Shown piece after piece: positions 14,110 to 28,939 of a stretch of 64,000 nt of DNA. A program made the translations under genes and the position numbers. The notes beneath the pieces were generated by a model. It did not search any database and was not told the origin of the DNA. It saw nothing but the letters and a program-made list of their open reading frames with translations. This DNA is from Octopus sinensis. Taxonomy: Eukaryota. The stretch spans positions 51,286,464 through 51,350,463 of the forward strand of contig NC_043011.1 of NCBI RefSeq assembly GCF_006345805.1, read 5' to 3'. Every line of letters begins with the position of its first letter. Within the stretch, counting starts at the first letter, position 1.

Positions 14110-14560
14110 ATAATAATCCTTTCTACTATAGTTAGAAAGTCTAAAATTTGGTGAGAGAGTAAGTCATTTACATCAACCCCAGTACTTAAATGGTATTTAT
14201 TTCATCCACCGCAAATGATGAAAAGCAGGGTCAACCTCAGCAGAGTTTGAGAGCCTCAGAATGTAAAGAGCTGGAAGAAATACAGCTAAGCATTTTGCGA
14301 GACATGCTAATAACTTGTCACTTTAATAATCCTTTCTACTAAAGGCACAAGGCCTGAAATTTTTGGGGGGAGGAGACTAGTCGTTTACATCAGCCCCATT
14401 GTTTCATTAGTACTAAATTTAGTGACCCTGAAAGGATGAAAGTCAAAGTTGACTTTGGCAGAATTTGAACTCAGAATGTCATGGTGGATGAAATGCCACT
14501 AAGCATTTTGCCTGGTGTGCTAATGATTCTGCCAGCTTGCTACCTTGATTTGTCACCTTA

Positions 14561-14636
<76 letters not shown>

Positions 14637-14850
14637 CCTTTTTACTATTTGATACAAGACCTGAAATTTTGGAGAAGGGGACTAGTTGATTACATCGACC
14701 CCCAGTGCTCAACTGATAATTATTTTATCAACTCTGAAAGGATGGAAGACAAAGTCAACCTTGGTGGAATTTGAACTCAAGAATATAAAACCAGAAGAAA
14801 TGCTACAAAGCATTTCATCTGACGCATTAATGACTCTGTCGGCTTGTTGC
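14110..14850 (-). mobile_element. Head-to-tail array of three family-B tRNA-derived SINEs with an (AAT)n spacer
   Basis: Each copy carries GGATGAAAG(G/T)CAAAGT(C/T)GAC...GAATTTGAACTCAGAA...CTAAGCATTTT...CTGCCAGC on plus. Confidence 0.8.
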
Positions 14851-15329
14851 CTTAATCAAAATAAAATAAATGATAACGATAACAAACTATGTTGCTGTCT
14901 TTGTTACCCTTACCTTGTTTCTTGGTCTAAAGCAGTGGTATGCATATCAGAAACGTTTCATGTTTGTCTATCTCAAGATCATCAAAGACAGCTTAAATAA
15001 AGGATGGAAATGGTGATGGTGATGATGGTGATGATAATGATGATGACGACAACAAAGGTGATATTGTGATGATGAAGATGATGATGATAGTGAGAATGAT
15101 GTCAAGGAGAAGGAAACCTAAGTAGCTTATGGTGTCAATAATCTCACTTATCAACTTGTGTATATGTGTGTATGTGTCTATGTGAGTAGACATGTGTGTA
15201 AGAGCATATGTGTGTGTGTAATTGTATTTAAATATGTGTGTATGCACTCAGTTCAGATTGTGAATGAAATCTAAAGAACTAAGTCTTTAAAAAGAGAAGG
15301 AAATGAACATGCTAACAATCTGTCTACAG

Positions 15330-15680
15330 TCTCATCTACTCGCTTCTGTTCACCAGTTCACTGCTGTTCAGTTGTTCACCGATTTCTGTTCAGCTGTTCC
15401 TTGCTTCACTACTGTTCAGTTTTTCACTACTTCATTCCAGTTCATTTGTTCACCAATTCACTGATGTTCAGTTATCAAGCAATTCTCTGGTGGTCACTTG
15501 TTCAGTTGTTCACCAATTCACTGCTATTCAGTTGCTTACTGCTTCACTTCTGTTCATTTGTTCACAGTTCACTTCAGTTTTGTTGTTCATCATTTCATTA
15601 CTATTCAGTTGTTCACCACTTTACTGCAGTTCAGTAGTCAATCACTTCACTTCTGTCCAGCTGTTCACTAATTCCCTACT
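15330..15680. repeat. Degenerate minisatellite, unit ~24-27 bp (TCACTGCTGTTCAGTTGTTCACCA-like)
   Basis: Repeated TTCAGTTGTTCACC / TTCACTKCTGTT blocks. Confidence 0.75.
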
Positions 15681-17000
15681 ATATTGTTGAGTCGATTGCC
15701 AGTTTTTTCTTACCATGTAGTGATATGAAAAACTGCAGCATTCATAATCCTTTTCAGAAGTTCAGAGGCAGATAAGATGGAGGGATAAAGCTAGACTCAA
15801 ACTTGGATTCCACTTCAGATATCCAAGGACTGGGTGGTACTATTAAACTGAGTAACAAATTATATCTAGCATTCAATAACAGAAACAATTCTCCCTCTTA
15901 TATACATATTCCTTCAAGCAAATTTCCCCTCATGGTTGTCATTAATCACCCTAAAATTTGAACAGAATCAATTTTAATCTAAACAAGCAAAACTGCGTGT
16001 GGTGTGTGTGTGTGTGTGTGTGTGTGTGATGTGTGTGTGTTTGCATGCATGTGTGTGTGTGTGTGAAAGTGAATGGCCTGGTGGTTAGGGTGTTACACTT
16101 ACAATTGCAAGATTTTGGTCTCATCTCTTGGACTGGTGGTGCATTGTGTTCTGAAGCAAACTGCTTCAGCTGTTAATCAGTAGCCATTCGGTGGACTGGC
16201 CGTCCATTTAGGGGGCAATGTTGGTCTGTCCACCAGTATGCATGGTGACATCATTCAAAGGCCACAACAATGTGACCAGCAGTGTGCAACAACATCTGAT
16301 AGTTTGGTCAATACAATGTATTTGTGAGTGTGTGTGTGTGTGTGTGTGTGCGTGTGCGTGTGTGTTGTTGACCTTATGTAGTTATCTGCATTTTTATTGA
16401 GGAAATCTCAAACACATTTCCTTATTTGGGTGGTGGTAGTGGTGGTGGTGGTGCTGCTGGGGGTGGTGCTTGAATAAACATTAATGAATACTTTGTCTTC
16501 ATGTTTCATGTCAAAGATCTAATGCGAGGTGGTATAGTAGACAAGCCATTGCTCTCCAGCTGCAGGGTAAGAAGCTTGCTTCTCAATCACATGGTTCTAG
16601 GTTCAGTCCCACTGTGTGACACCATGGGCAAGAGTCTTCTACTATAGCCTTGTGAGTGGATTTGGTAGACAGTAACTGAAAGAAATCCATCATATAAATA
16701 TATATATATATATTTATTTATGTGCATGCGTCTGTGTTTGTCCCCCCTCCACCATCACTTGACAACTGCTGCTAGTGTGTTTACATCCCCAATAATTGAG
16801 CAGTTTGGCAAAAGAGACCGATAGAATAGGTACAAGGCTTACAAAGAATAAGTCCTGGACTCAAAAATCTTTGACTAAAATCCTTTAAATCATACATATA
16901 TATACATATATAAATACACACACACACACACATATATATACACACACACATATCTATCTATCTATCTATCTACCTATATAACTATCTACCTATCTATCTA

Positions 17001-17034
<34 letters not shown>

Positions 17035-17204
17035 TTTATTTATGTCTATAATTTCTATCAATATGTAAACACACTCACACACATGCAGACATTTGTATGT
17101 GTAACAGGGGAGTATGTAAAAATCTACGAAATTAAATAGTTTGTAACAATACCTAGAATGGGGCAACTGCAAGTAATCATTGCTGTATAATAACAATTAT
17201 AATA

Positions 17205-17429
17205 AAAATAACTATCCTTTCTGCTATAGGCACAAGGCCTGAAATTTTGAGGAGAGCAGGGCAAGTCGATTTCATCAACCTCAGTGCTTGACTGGTACTT
17301 AATTTATTGACTCCAAAGAGATGAAAGACAAAATTGACCTCAGCTGAAAATTTGTGCTCACATTGTAAAGATAGACCAAATGCAACCAAGCATTTTGTCT
17401 GGCATGGTAATGATTCTGCCACCTTGATG

Positions 17430-17518
<89 letters not shown>

Positions 17519-18340
17519 GATGATGATAATAATAATAAGGTTTCTAATTTAGGCACAAGTCTAGAGATTTTGGGTGAAGAGAACAGTTTAATACATTGAT
17601 CCCAAATAAAAATTTTGATGGTGTCTAACTTCATTCCCAGAACACGGATTTTATGGAGAGATGGATGGATGTAACTGATTAAATCAAACCTGGTATTTGA
17701 CAGAGCCTTTCCAGGCACTGGATAAAATGTTTAGCATCATTTCTCCTAACTTATTACATTCTGAGTTCAAATTCCACTGAAGTCAACTTTGACTTTCTTT
17801 CTTTTGGGTCAATAAAATAAAGTTTGAGTCAAGTAGTGGGTTTCATGTATTTGACTAACCACTTCCCCTTAAATTTTGTTTGCCTTGTACCAAAATTTGA
17901 AACCATATTATTATAATCATTATTATTATTTTGGTTTCAACTGGTACTTATTTTATCAGCCCCAAGAAGATGAAAGGCAAAGACAACCCCAGCAGCATTT
18001 GAACTCAGAATATAATGACAGACAAAGTACTGTTAAGCACTTTGCCTGGCATGCTAATGATTCTACCAGCATACCACCTTTATTATTATTACTATTATTA
18101 TTAGTAAGAAAAAAACACAATAACTGTTTCAAAATTATGTGTGCCAATACACTTTTTAGTGGAAGGGTCAGTTGATTAAATCTCTGTTACTAATAGATAC
18201 ATGCTTATTTTATTAACTCTTCTAAAAGGATGAAAGGCTAAGTTAACTTTAGGAAAAGGGGAAATTTGAACTCAGAACATAAAAAGTCTAATTCCACATA
18301 ACATTTTGCCCAGTGCTCTAACAATTTTGCCAATTCACAC
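17205..18340. mobile_element. Cluster of about five family-B SINE copies in mixed orientation with (AAT)n/(ATT)n spacers
   Basis: Recurring family-B blocks; the copy at ~17700-17900 is on plus, the others on minus. Confidence 0.7.
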
Positions 18341-18352
18341 TAAAAATTATGA

Positions 18353-18386
<34 letters not shown>

Positions 18387-18769
18387 GGTGGTGGTGGTGG
18401 TGGTGGTGGTGATGATGATGACATTGTAATGATGATCATCATTATGATGGTGATGATGATGACAATGGTAGTGATAATGATGAAGAAGATTATAAGTTCT
18501 TTCTCCTACAAAGTTAGACGGATCTTCTATAACTATATTGATAAATATTAACATAAACCTACAGAAAAATAGTTTTAAAATGCAATTAGATTGTTAAATA
18601 ATAAAATACAAACAAATGTTTAAAAGGGCTAGATAGAAAGATAGTTAGATAAGTAGATAGATGGATAGATAAATAGATAGATTGATAGATAGGTAGATAG
18701 ATAGGTATATGCATAAGTATATAGAGGGGTAATTAGATAGATAATCTAAATAGATAGCTATGTTTGTTC

Positions 18770-19027
18770 CTTCTCGAGCCATGCCTGGCTCATAAGGGCC
18801 GGTTTCCCGGTTTCCTTAGCATATAGGTTCCCCACCTGGATGGGACACTGGTCCGTCGCAGGTGAGCTGCAAGATGCTGGAGGAAAGTTCGCCATTACCT
18901 TCTGCCTGAGCTGTGTGGGGCTTAGGGATTTCGCTCATAAACACACACATTGTCTGGTCTGAGATTCGAACCTGTGATTCCTTGACTGCAAGTCTGCTGC
19001 TCTAATCACTAGGCCATCTGCCTCCAC
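18770..19027 (-). mobile_element. tRNA-derived SINE of a further family (related head at ~55910-56030, plus strand)
   Basis: Minus head GTGGAGGCAGATGGCCTAGTGATTAGAGCAGCAGACTTGCAGTCAAGGAATCACAGGTTCGAATCTCAG has A and B boxes but continues into a non-tRNA body. Confidence 0.65.
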
Positions 19028-20095
19028 AAATAGATAGTTATACAGATGGCTAAATGGAGTGAGGGGCAGAGAGAGAGAGAGAAAGAGAGTGTGTGAGTGT
19101 ATATATAAGCATATATATATTTATGTGTGTGTGTGTGTGTACATGTATGTCTGTATATGTATGCGATACATAAAAATCTTTAGATATTTCTGCAACAGAT
19201 TTTGTGTTTAGAAAGTGGAGGGAGTGTTCTATTGTGGCTGACAAAAGACCATCTCAAATCACCAAAATAAATAAATGAATGACACTTTAACATAATGACA
19301 CACACAATTTTACCAATTGAAGTCTGTTTCTTTTTCTTCTTTTTCTTCACATCACTCAATTTTTTTTGTCCTCTACGCATATGAATGCATTTTTTTTGTG
19401 TGTTTTGCTTTGTTTTTTTCTTTCTTTTTTTTTAACCTTTTGGTCTAAAATAAATAAAATAAATAAGTTTGTTTTTTTTGTTTTGTTTTGGTTTTTTTTT
19501 TCTGTTACATTATTAATATTTTTTTTTTTTACCTTTTATCAAGGAATTTTCTCCAACTATGTGGGGAATGACAAAAATAAATAATTAAATATAGCAATGA
19601 ATAATAACACAGGTAAGAATGATTGTTTACAGGAAAACAGGTGGGGGGGGGAGGAGTGCTTTTGTTTATGCTTTCTTTTGGTTAAGGCCAGAGACAAAAG
19701 TCAAAAAAAAAAAGAGGAACTGTTTTCATTTTGTTTTACTGTTTTTTTGAAAGTTTTGTTTCTATTCTTTTCTTTCATTTTTTCTTCTTCATTAAAATCT
19801 TTTTTTTAATTATTTGATAGATTAGAGAGAATTGATGGAGAAATTCCTTTCCCTCTCTTTTTCTTTTTTAGGGAGATGGTTGTGGTGGTTGTGTAATTTT
19901 GTGAGAGTCTTTGCATGAATAAATATAGGTAATAGAATTTCAGAGAAAACTGGAATAAATGTTTATTATTATTATTATCATTATTATTATTATTGTTATT
20001 ATTATTATTATTGTCATCATCATTATTATTATTTTTCTTTATTTTTCTTCAACAATTCTCCATTTTGAAATAAGAAAGGTTGATAGACAGACAGT

Positions 20096-20146
<51 letters not shown>

Positions 20147-21054
20147 GTAGATAGATAATTGGAGAGATGGAGGGAGGGGAGAAGGTTTTTGTTTTTCTTT
20201 TGTGATTTTGTGAGAGTCTGGTGTAAATGAACAGATAAAATTTCACTGAGAAACTTAAGTAAATGTTTATTATTTGTGCAGAATTAAACAAAAAAAAAGT
20301 AATTAAAAATTATTCAAAATAATTGTGAAGTAAATAAACTTCATAATAAATGCGAGCAGTTTCGTCCACCACAGACAAACTCTCAAAAATGAGTAATTTA
20401 CAAAAAAAAAATAAAAATAAAAAATGAAACTCATTTTTACTCTTTCTTTTTTTACACAATTCTTTTTTTTGGCGGTAAAATTTTTTAACGGATTTTCATT
20501 AATTTAAAAAATTTTTAATATGAAAAAAAAAAAAACTGATGAAAAAATTCAATGAAATGATTTGATAAAAACTTTAAAAAATATAATTTTTTTGTTTTAT
20601 ATTTGATGAGAAATGAAAAGAAATGTTCCAGTATTGAATTATTATTGTTGATGTTGCTGTTGTTGTTGTTGTTGTTGTTATGGGAAAGAGGCTGAGAATT
20701 TTTTTTTTTGGTTTTTCTTCTTTTTTCGTTTTTAATTTAAATAATGTGATTTACTTTACATATGAAACGATAAATAAATAAATGAAACATTTTTTTTCTT
20801 TTTTTTTCCTTGTGGTTTGGAGCCCAGCTACTTTCCATCAAATAACGACAAAACAACACTCTCACCTTCATTCTCATTCTCTCTTTCTTTCTTATGCCCT
20901 TCCTCTCTATCTTTCATGCACTTCCCCTCTCTCTCACATTCGTTTCTCTCCCTTTTTGTCATACTCTTTCTCTTTGTCAAACCCTTTCTATCTTCCCCCT
21001 CTCTCGTACTCTTACCCTCTCTCTCTCATTCCCTTTCTCTCTTTCAGCATATGA

Positions 21055-21600
21055 TATACATGGCTTTTGAAACAGCCAAATTTAGAAAAGCACTCAAAAT
21101 CTGGCAGAACCCAAACTACAACCAATTAGTTAAGACTTCAACTAAATTAGACAAGATCTTCAATTTTCAATAACCCATATCAGATACTTACTTTTAGATA
21201 TATATCACACCCACAAACCAACCTAGTTCTGCCGGATAAGAACTAAGACCTGGAGACCTGGTAGGGTGAGTTACACAACCTAAATCTGCATCATAAGTAA
21301 AGGGGAGAGGTTTGGGCTCAGATTGATTGGTCAAGCTTAAAGAATCTTTTATATTTGTGGTTTCAAGGTCATTTCAGTCGTATAAGAGAGACAAGTTTGA
21401 AATACAACAGGTCATACATTTTGAGATGAACAATGAAAAAATATGAAGAAAATTTTTTGAATTAGAGAATCTCAGAAAAGAAGAATTCTTTGGGAAGCAA
21501 AAACAACCTTGGAAATCAAAATAAAGAATGGACTAGATAAAATTGCTCAAGATAGAGAAGGATGGAGGAGTTCACGCCAGGACATAATAGTTCTCAAAGA
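21055..21600 (+). mobile_element. Highly decayed RTE-like LINE 3' fragment
   Basis: Frameshifted peptides resemble RQxKYxGHILRMN and ...LDKIAQDREGWRS, typical of an RTE ORF2 C-terminus. Confidence 0.5.
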
Positions 21601-21699
21601 ACCTGTGTCTTAAACATCAGAATTTTTTATACAACACAGAATCAAACTTATTTAACAGAACAAATTTGTTTGGATTTTATGAAAATAGCACAATTGAAT

Positions 21700-22070
21700 A
21701 TAACTGCTGTCTGACATTATTACAATAGACATAACTATTGCCAGACAATAGTTTAGTAGGACATGACTATTGTCTATGACGACAGTATAGCAGTATATAG
21801 CTGTTGTATACAGTACAATAGGACATAAATATTACCTAACAGTAGTACAGTAGGGTATATCTGTTTGACAGCAGTACAATAGGACATAACTATTATATAC
21901 AGTACAGTAGCATATAAATGTTATCTGACAGTAAGGACATAACTGTCATCTGACGACAATATAGTAGGACATAACAGCTACCTGACAATAGCACAGTAGG
22001 ACATAACTGTTATTTGACAATAGTACAATAGGACATAACTGTTGTCCATGATAACAATACAATAAGACAC
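21700..22070. repeat. Degenerate minisatellite, unit ~30 bp (ACAGTACAGTAGGACATAACTGTTATCTG-like)
   Basis: AGGACATAACT block recurs about ten times; an outlier copy lies near 22425. Confidence 0.8.
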
Positions 22071-24087
22071 AATGGCATTCTTTCATCTTAAATATGGCGA
22101 GTGTCAAACTTGTGCCAATTGATTTCCAGACACATGATGTCATTCTCAGCAGTTTATGGAATTTTTTATTTATTTATTGTTTATATATTTTTGTCTTTCA
22201 TGTGCTGGTGATTGCTGAGTATTCACACACCATGTGTGTGTGTGTGTATACAGACTGCCAAAGATGACGTTATGTGTCAGGAAATCAGCTGTCTCAAGTT
22301 TGACACTCGCCATACTTAAAACACAAGAATGCCAGACACAGCAGCTGTCTACAGCAACACTTGGGTAATAAATAACTGTTGTCTTCAATACAGCAGTTTT
22401 GACATCCCTTTGTTGTCATAAACAACAGGACATAACTGTTATCTGATAATACTGGGTGGATGTACGATGTAAGACAGTAGGTTGCATTCTTTCCTGAGTT
22501 TGATTACAAACACATATACATTAGTGCAGAAATGGCTAACTGGTTAAGAAGTTTTGCTTGAAATCTCAAGGTCCTGAGTTCAATCCCACAGTATGATATC
22601 TTTGGTGCTTTCTCCTATACTTTTGGTCAACCAAACCACGTGGTGGAAATGAAGTTGATGGAAACTATACGGAAATCCTTCAGATAAGAATTGTACCTGC
22701 AATTCAAAGGTCCAAATGCACTGTGTCACACAGTAGCACAATTCTGTCCAATTCTGTCACATACATGCTACAACAGGATGTTGAATAACTGACAGGGCAG
22801 AGGAGTCCTAGACCAAAAGCTTGAAGGTTACTGAGGCTGAGCAGAATATCTGTACCATCAAAGAATGGTTGGGTGTCAACTAGCAAGTGAGCTGCTACTG
22901 CAAGGCAGCCTCAATGTCGACTATGCTTGTTGGACTCTTGGTACCACACCACTTGGTACCTGGTGTGGAGGTCCAGAGAGGCAATCTGGTGTGTGTGGTG
23001 GGGATGATGCCAACTGCCTTACTTGCCAAGGCATTTTGTTTAACTGAACAGAACAGTGAACATTGGCCTACGATAGGTAGCCAACAGCTAATGTAATAAA
23101 TAGGTAGTTCGGTTGGTGAAACTGACAGTGACTCATGACATTATATTTACTTGTCTATCTATCAATCACACTCATAAGCTCTTCCTCTTTCTCTCTCAAA
23201 ACACACACACACACACACACACATATATAAATAAGCTCTCCCTCTTTCTCTCTCAAGACACACACACTCACACACTTACATATCAATAGCACTCAACATA
23301 TTTTAGTTGAGTTCAGTTATGGATGCATGTATTTAACAATAGTTTGGCTCAGCATCACATTACTTAAAGTTTTGTGGGCAGAGAACATGTCCATATCATA
23401 TCATACATATACATATATGTAAATACACACACACACATGCACACACATGTGCACATATAAACTAAAGAGAAGAGGGCTGCACAGAAGGCAAGAGTCCCAC
23501 TGGGTCCTGCTTCTGCTATTACGTGCCCTCACTGTAACCATGGATTTTATACAAACATTGGCCTAATAAGTCACCCCAGGACCAACAAACACTACAGCTA
23601 CTTATCTGGTCATCATCAGAGACAAAGATATGCACATATACATATATTGCAGCTCTTTGACAGTAAACTGAATAAAGGTATACTACATAAAAAAAAAGAG
23701 TATTAAAATTGTTTTAAGACAGAGATGGATAGGTGCATACATTGTACTTTGCTGCAATGGAATGCACATGAACCAGTGCAGTGCACAGAAAACACCCATC
23801 TCTTAAATATCTTGATATTTTCCAGCTCAGCTAAAAGACTTGCAGCATGCAAGTCTCTACTGAGATTGCATAAGAAATTTGCCCAATGTGCCATATAGCA
23901 GACTTGAACCTAGAAACAGGTGGTTGGGAAGCAAACTTCTTAACCACATAGCCATGTCTGCATATGTATGTATGCATACATACATATATAGATATGTGTT
24001 TGTGAGTGTATATATGTATAGACAGAAGCATACATATTTATAATATATATATATATATATATGAGTATTTATTTTGAATATTTACTC

Positions 24088-24149
<62 letters not shown>

Positions 24150-24250
24150 CTCAGTTATATTCTGTTAAAACACAGTGGTCACAACAGTCAGAAAGGATGT
24201 GGTCAAAGTCAAAAATTTGAGTTTACAGAACACAGAAACAATATTTATAT

Positions 24251-24353
24251 ATCACCTGATGAAACACAAGATCTCACAATGCAGAAAAATGGTTACATAA
24301 CCAAATACATGCGAATGTGGAGAACTACACTGTGTAGAAACAATTGTAGTGAT
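24251..24353 (+). ncRNA. Type I hammerhead-like motif with long loop II, partly decayed
   Basis: ATCAC-CTGATGA-(A)ACACA..~60 nt..TGTGT(A)-GAAA-CAATTG-TA-GTGAT. Stem I ATCAC/GTGAT, palindromic stem III, GUA triplet; the first stem II pair is an A.A mismatch. Confidence 0.55.
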
Positions 24354-25474
24354 TACAAATAAATGTTCCTCTGTAGCTCCTTATTGACTCCAACTTATTC
24401 AATTATATATATTCATACATATAAAGTGTTATATATCATAGTAAATTATAATTTTCTTGCTCTTGTGTCTTTATCTGTATGTTGAGAATATGTGTGTAAG
24501 TGTGTGCGCATGCGTGAATGTCTAAAGGCTTCTCTTTCAATTATATTCCATTTTAGTGGAAAAACGAATTTAAATATATTAGTAAAAAGGTATAAGACTA
24601 GAAAAAGAGTATGCAGTTCCTGATTTTTTTTTAATGTAAATATATTGATTTTTTTTTACATGGAATCTATGTTTGTGAGTGATGTGAGTATGTGTGTGTG
24701 AATGTCTGAGTGCATGTATGAATGGATGTTTGTGTGTGTGTGTGTGTGTGTGTGCGGATGTTTTTTTTTGTTTGCATTTGTTGGAATTGAAAATATTTGA
24801 CGATGAAAGTAATTGAAAGAGAATAAATAAATAAAGAAAGAAAGAAAAGAAAGAGAAGAGAGCAGATTTAAGTTGTTATGATTGGCTGGCTGTATGTCTG
24901 TTTTTTTTTTTTACTTTTTATGTATGTATGTATGTGTGTATGTGTGTGTGAACTAGAGTTAAACAAATAGAGAGGGAAAGAGGAAGAAATAAATAAAGGA
25001 CATGTATATATATCCATGTGTGTGTAAAACGAGAGAGAAAACTATATTGTACAACGAACATTTTAAGTCAACAAAGACTAGATGTGGACTCAATCTAATT
25101 AACTAATCATTTTTATTTTAATTAAACTCACAACTAGTTCATTATTTTTGTTCTTCTTTTAGTGAGGGGACATAGTGGTATCCCACATACAAAGAGTACC
25201 AGTAATATAAGCTGTTTCATTCAATTGACAATATTCATTCCTTCTTTAATGCCCTAAAACTTATGCCCCCCAAATTATAGATGGTGAGATGGTGGTGGTG
25301 GTGGTGGTAGTGATGGTTTGTGTATTGTAAAAATTCTTTCTACTATAGGCATAAAATCTGAAATTTTAGGAATGGGGCTAGTCAAATACATTGACTGTGG
25401 TTTTCATTTTCTTTCAAGTATAGTGCATCAAAGATTACATTAGTCATTGTAGCAGGTTTATCAAACATATAAAG

Positions 25475-25623
25475 CAGGCATGGTCAACTATTTTTGAGAA
25501 GCAGATCATAATAAGACATGGATCATCATCAGGTGGGCTGCACTCCTAGAGAAAAATCCAAGGTAGTTTTTCGTTAGGTGTGCCATTGAGAAAGTCCTGT
25601 GGGCTGCAGTTGGCCCATGACTG
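25475..25623. mobile_element. hAT-type MITE, 149 bp, with 8-bp TSD
   Basis: Imperfect TIRs CAGGCATGGTCAACT / AGTTGGCCCATGACTG, flanked by ATATAAAG at 25467-25474 and 25624-25631. Confidence 0.8.
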
Positions 25624-27604
25624 ATATAAAGTTTTCCTCATAGACTCATATGATTGCTGTTACTGTTGAAGGTAAGCTGTTTTTGTTTAGCTTCTTGAGT
25701 AGACATTCCCATGGCATAGAAATAGCTAAGAGAACAAAACACTGAAGTGTTTATTGCTAAAGACGTAGTAGTTCTTTTGTTTGTGTTGTAGCTGGTGTTG
25801 CATCCGTATTTGTCTAAGCATTTCTTGCCTATTTCCAGATAGTAGAAGAACAATCAAAAACCAATGAAGACATCCACATGACAATAGAGGGCTATATAGT
25901 AAGGAATTTACCATGCAATGGAGCATTACATTAACGCTAGCCATCACAGACAGACCATTTTCAGAAACAGAACCATCATCATTCACATGCCTGTTTTTAC
26001 CATCATCATTTATATGCCTGCTTTTTGAGGTAATATTCTATGGTTGGATGCCCTTACTGATGTCAACCAGTACATGTTTTCAAGTTAGGTACTTTAATAC
26101 ATATCTTTGTATGTCAAACCACTAAACTGTAGGATTTTTCGCTTATGTGAAATGTAAACAGTGTCACTTCTACCCAAGCAAAACATGCTGAGACAAACAC
26201 AGATATGACGTGTGTGTATAGATGGATAGGTAGATAGATAGATAGATAGACAGAAAGATAGATGTATATATACAACAAAATTTCATACAGTTTCTATCTA
26301 ACAATTTTCACTCACAAGACGTTGGTCAACCCAAGGCTATAGCAGATGATAACCCATGGCTCAATACAATGGAGCTGAACCTAAAAGCATGTGGTTATGA
26401 AGTGATCTTAGTAGGGCAGACTAAACCAAATGGTAAACTCTGGTCTCTTACTGAATACTCAGAATGGGATAAACTCCTTTGGTGTAACAATCAAACTCAA
26501 AGTTGTCAGCTAATGACAAACACCCATCAATTTCACAGTATTGCTTCTGATTCTAATAGCAAACTATTCTTATTCTGAAGTCCCCATCAACAGCTAAGTG
26601 GTTGCCACTCAAGATCAAAGTACCTTGGTCAAGTGGAGTGTAGAGAGCAAGATGAGGCAAATAAGACAACTTGGCCATTCACTGCATCTGTCTCCATCCT
26701 TAGTTTTCTTGACCTCGTCTTGTCACTGGACTGAATATGGTCACAGAGAAGGGAGTGAGGTTGACGGTGTGCAGCTCTTCTTCACTTTAAACAAAGACAC
26801 AGCGTAATTCAACAGTCATCCTTAAGGAAGGTCTTTGTTGCTCCAAGCATAATTTGGTCAAAGACACAAAACTCACTGTCAATGACACGGTATGAACCAC
26901 TAATCTCTAAGTCGGTTCCTATATCATTCTATTAGCTTGGTTATGGTTATAACCATTCATTTTCCCAAATAAAAGCAGGAAAGAGTTTATTTTCTTATTT
27001 TTTTTCCCCCCTTATTGAATTATATCTGAATTTCTATGTTATCTCATTTCTATCCTAGTTGTTGTTGAAGATATTCAGTGTAAAACTAAAGTAATTTCAT
27101 ATTTCCCACTTTATTAATGCAGTCTCTGCTATTTATTATTTTTGTTTTTAAACATATATATTAATTGTAACTTGATTGGTGTATTACATTATATAATCCG
27201 CCACACACACACACACTGTGTCTCTCTATAACCATCATTAGAGCTAATTACATGCTTTCCCTTTAATAAAACAAAGTGGCTGCTAATTAAAAACCACAAT
27301 CAACAGAACCAACTTTGATGTTTTTGAGAACTTATTTTTTTTGGAGATATTTTTTTTTTCTCTCTCTTTCTCTCTCCATAATTTACAATATACAAATGAA
27401 TTTACTTGTAATTAGATGCTTATTGGGTAATTTAAAGAAAGAAAGAAAAAAAATTGAGCTAAAACAGTCTCTTTGGCTTTTGTTTAATTGGTATTGGTAT
27501 TACTGATGATGTTGATGATGGTGAGGAAAAGGGACAAAGAGAAGAAGAGGTTTATTTTATGATGTTCAGTATGCACTAACCATGGTAAGATTTCCAATTA
27601 CTAC

Positions 27605-27639
<35 letters not shown>

Positions 27640-27640
<1 letters not shown>

Positions 27641-28310
27641 GGCAGTCGGCTGTCAGAACCGTTAGCATATTAGACAAAAAAACTAAATGTGGCATTTCTT
27701 ATGGCTTCACATTCTGAGTTCTAATTTTACCGAGGCTGACTGCCTTTCATGCTTTTGGGGTTGATAAACTAAGTACCAGTTGAGTACTGGAGTCAATGTA
27801 TTTAGCTAGACCCCTCACCCAAAATTTCAAGCTTTGTGCCAATAGTAGAAAGGGTAATTATTATTATTAAGGCAGCAAGCTGGCAGAATTGTTAGCACAC
27901 TGGATGAAATGCTAAGCAGTATTTCACCTGTCACTACGTACTGAGTTCAAATTCTGTCGAGGTCAACTTTGCCTTTCATCCTTTTGGGCTCGATAAATTG
28001 AGTACCAGTGAAACACTGGGGTCGATGTAATTGACTAGTCCCCTCCCCACAAATTTCAGGCCTTGTGCCTATAGTAGATAGGATTATTATTATTATTATT
28101 ATTAAAGAGGGGGCTGACTGGCAGAGTTGTTAGAGCATCAGACAAAATGCATTGTGGTATATATACTGGCTTTTTACATACAAGGTTGAAATCCTGCTGA
28201 GATCAACTTTGCCTTTCGTCTTTCTGAATTCAATAAAATAAAGTCCCAGTAAAGAGCTAGGTTTGATATGATCAATTGTTCCCCTCCCTACAAATTCATA
28301 ACCTTCTGCT
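27640..28310 (+). mobile_element. Head-to-tail array of three family-B SINEs with (ATT)n spacers
   Basis: Three heads (AAGGCAG..GCTGKCAGAA...) each followed by body and TAGTAGAWAGG-ATT tail. Confidence 0.8.
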
Positions 28311-28567
28311 TTAAATTTAGGTGGGGAGAGAACAGCTGATCATATTTTACTAACTTGTGATATTTATTTAACAAAATGGTCTGCAAGTTTACATTATTAA
28401 AAATAAATGTTCCCTTTATCCTGCTTTAGTATTCTAAGTGAACCATAGACACTCTGTATTTCAGTATCCAGGGTAAATCACATGTACTCCCAATTTCAGT
28501 ACCAACAATAAATTCTAAATAATCTGTCATTCTCTCTCTTTCAAACAAATGTGCACACTCATATAAA

Positions 28568-28638
<71 letters not shown>

Positions 28639-28939
28639 AAGTCACACATATACACAATTACATATATATATCATCATCGTACTTTAATGTCTGTTTTCCA
28701 TGCTGGCATGGGTTGGACAGTTTGACCAGACCTGTACTAGGTTCCACTCATATTTGGCTTGGTTTCTATGTTTGGACACCCTTACTAATGCCAACCACTT
28801 TACAGTTTGTGATGGGTGCTTTTAATGCAGCACCAGCACACACATACATACATATATATGTATGTCTGTGTTTGTATGTATATACATATATATATCTATG
28901 TATGTACATGTATATATTATAGCAATGATAATAATAAAA

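Noticed and set aside
14925-14962. GAAACGTT preceded by a hairpin
   Set aside because: The upstream core reads CTAAAGCAG rather than CTGANGA, and stem I does not pair.
20355-20392. Minus-strand GTC..GAC-GAAAC motif
   Set aside because: No CTGANGA upstream of the stem.
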